NCBI GenBank assembly: GCA_002269645.1
Contig: NIVC01002507.1
Coordinates: forward strand, 1-64,000
Length of the DNA stretch: 64,000 nucleotides
Direction of reading: 5' to 3'
From: Macrostomum lignano
Lineage: Eukaryota
The translations under genes and the position numbers were made by a program. The notes under the pieces were generated by a model. That model did not search any database. It was given only the letters and a program-made list of their open reading frames with translations, and was not told the DNA's origin. Below, in pieces: positions 63,998 through 64,000 of the stretch (the first letter of the stretch is position 1; each line of letters opens with the position of its first letter).

Positions 63998-64000
63998 CCT

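Overview
Eukaryotic (probably invertebrate animal) genomic DNA: spliceosomal GT-AG introns, tRNA-derived SINEs and (TTAGGG)n are present. Bases ~1-58,900 are a tandem array of 7-9 kb units. Each unit carries a minus-strand, six-exon gene for a ~500-aa type-I membrane protein (signal peptide, variable furin-like site, Cys-containing ectodomain, TM helix, short tail). There are six near-complete copies plus relics, mostly damaged and mosaic. The array is interrupted by minisatellites, two SINEs, a probable solo LTR, a long-TIR element and a decayed piggyBac. From ~58,900 to the end lies part of a Maverick/Polinton (adintovirus-like) element. The key observation is at 61504-62394: an apparently intact subgroup IC1 group I self-splicing intron. 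It sits in the Ca2+-binding G|PG loop of a parvovirus-type phospholipase A2 that is fused to the element's integrase. The intron carries its own PD-(D/E)XK restriction-enzyme-like ORF in a peripheral loop, a candidate homing endonuclease. All alignments and folds were done by eye; no database searches were run.
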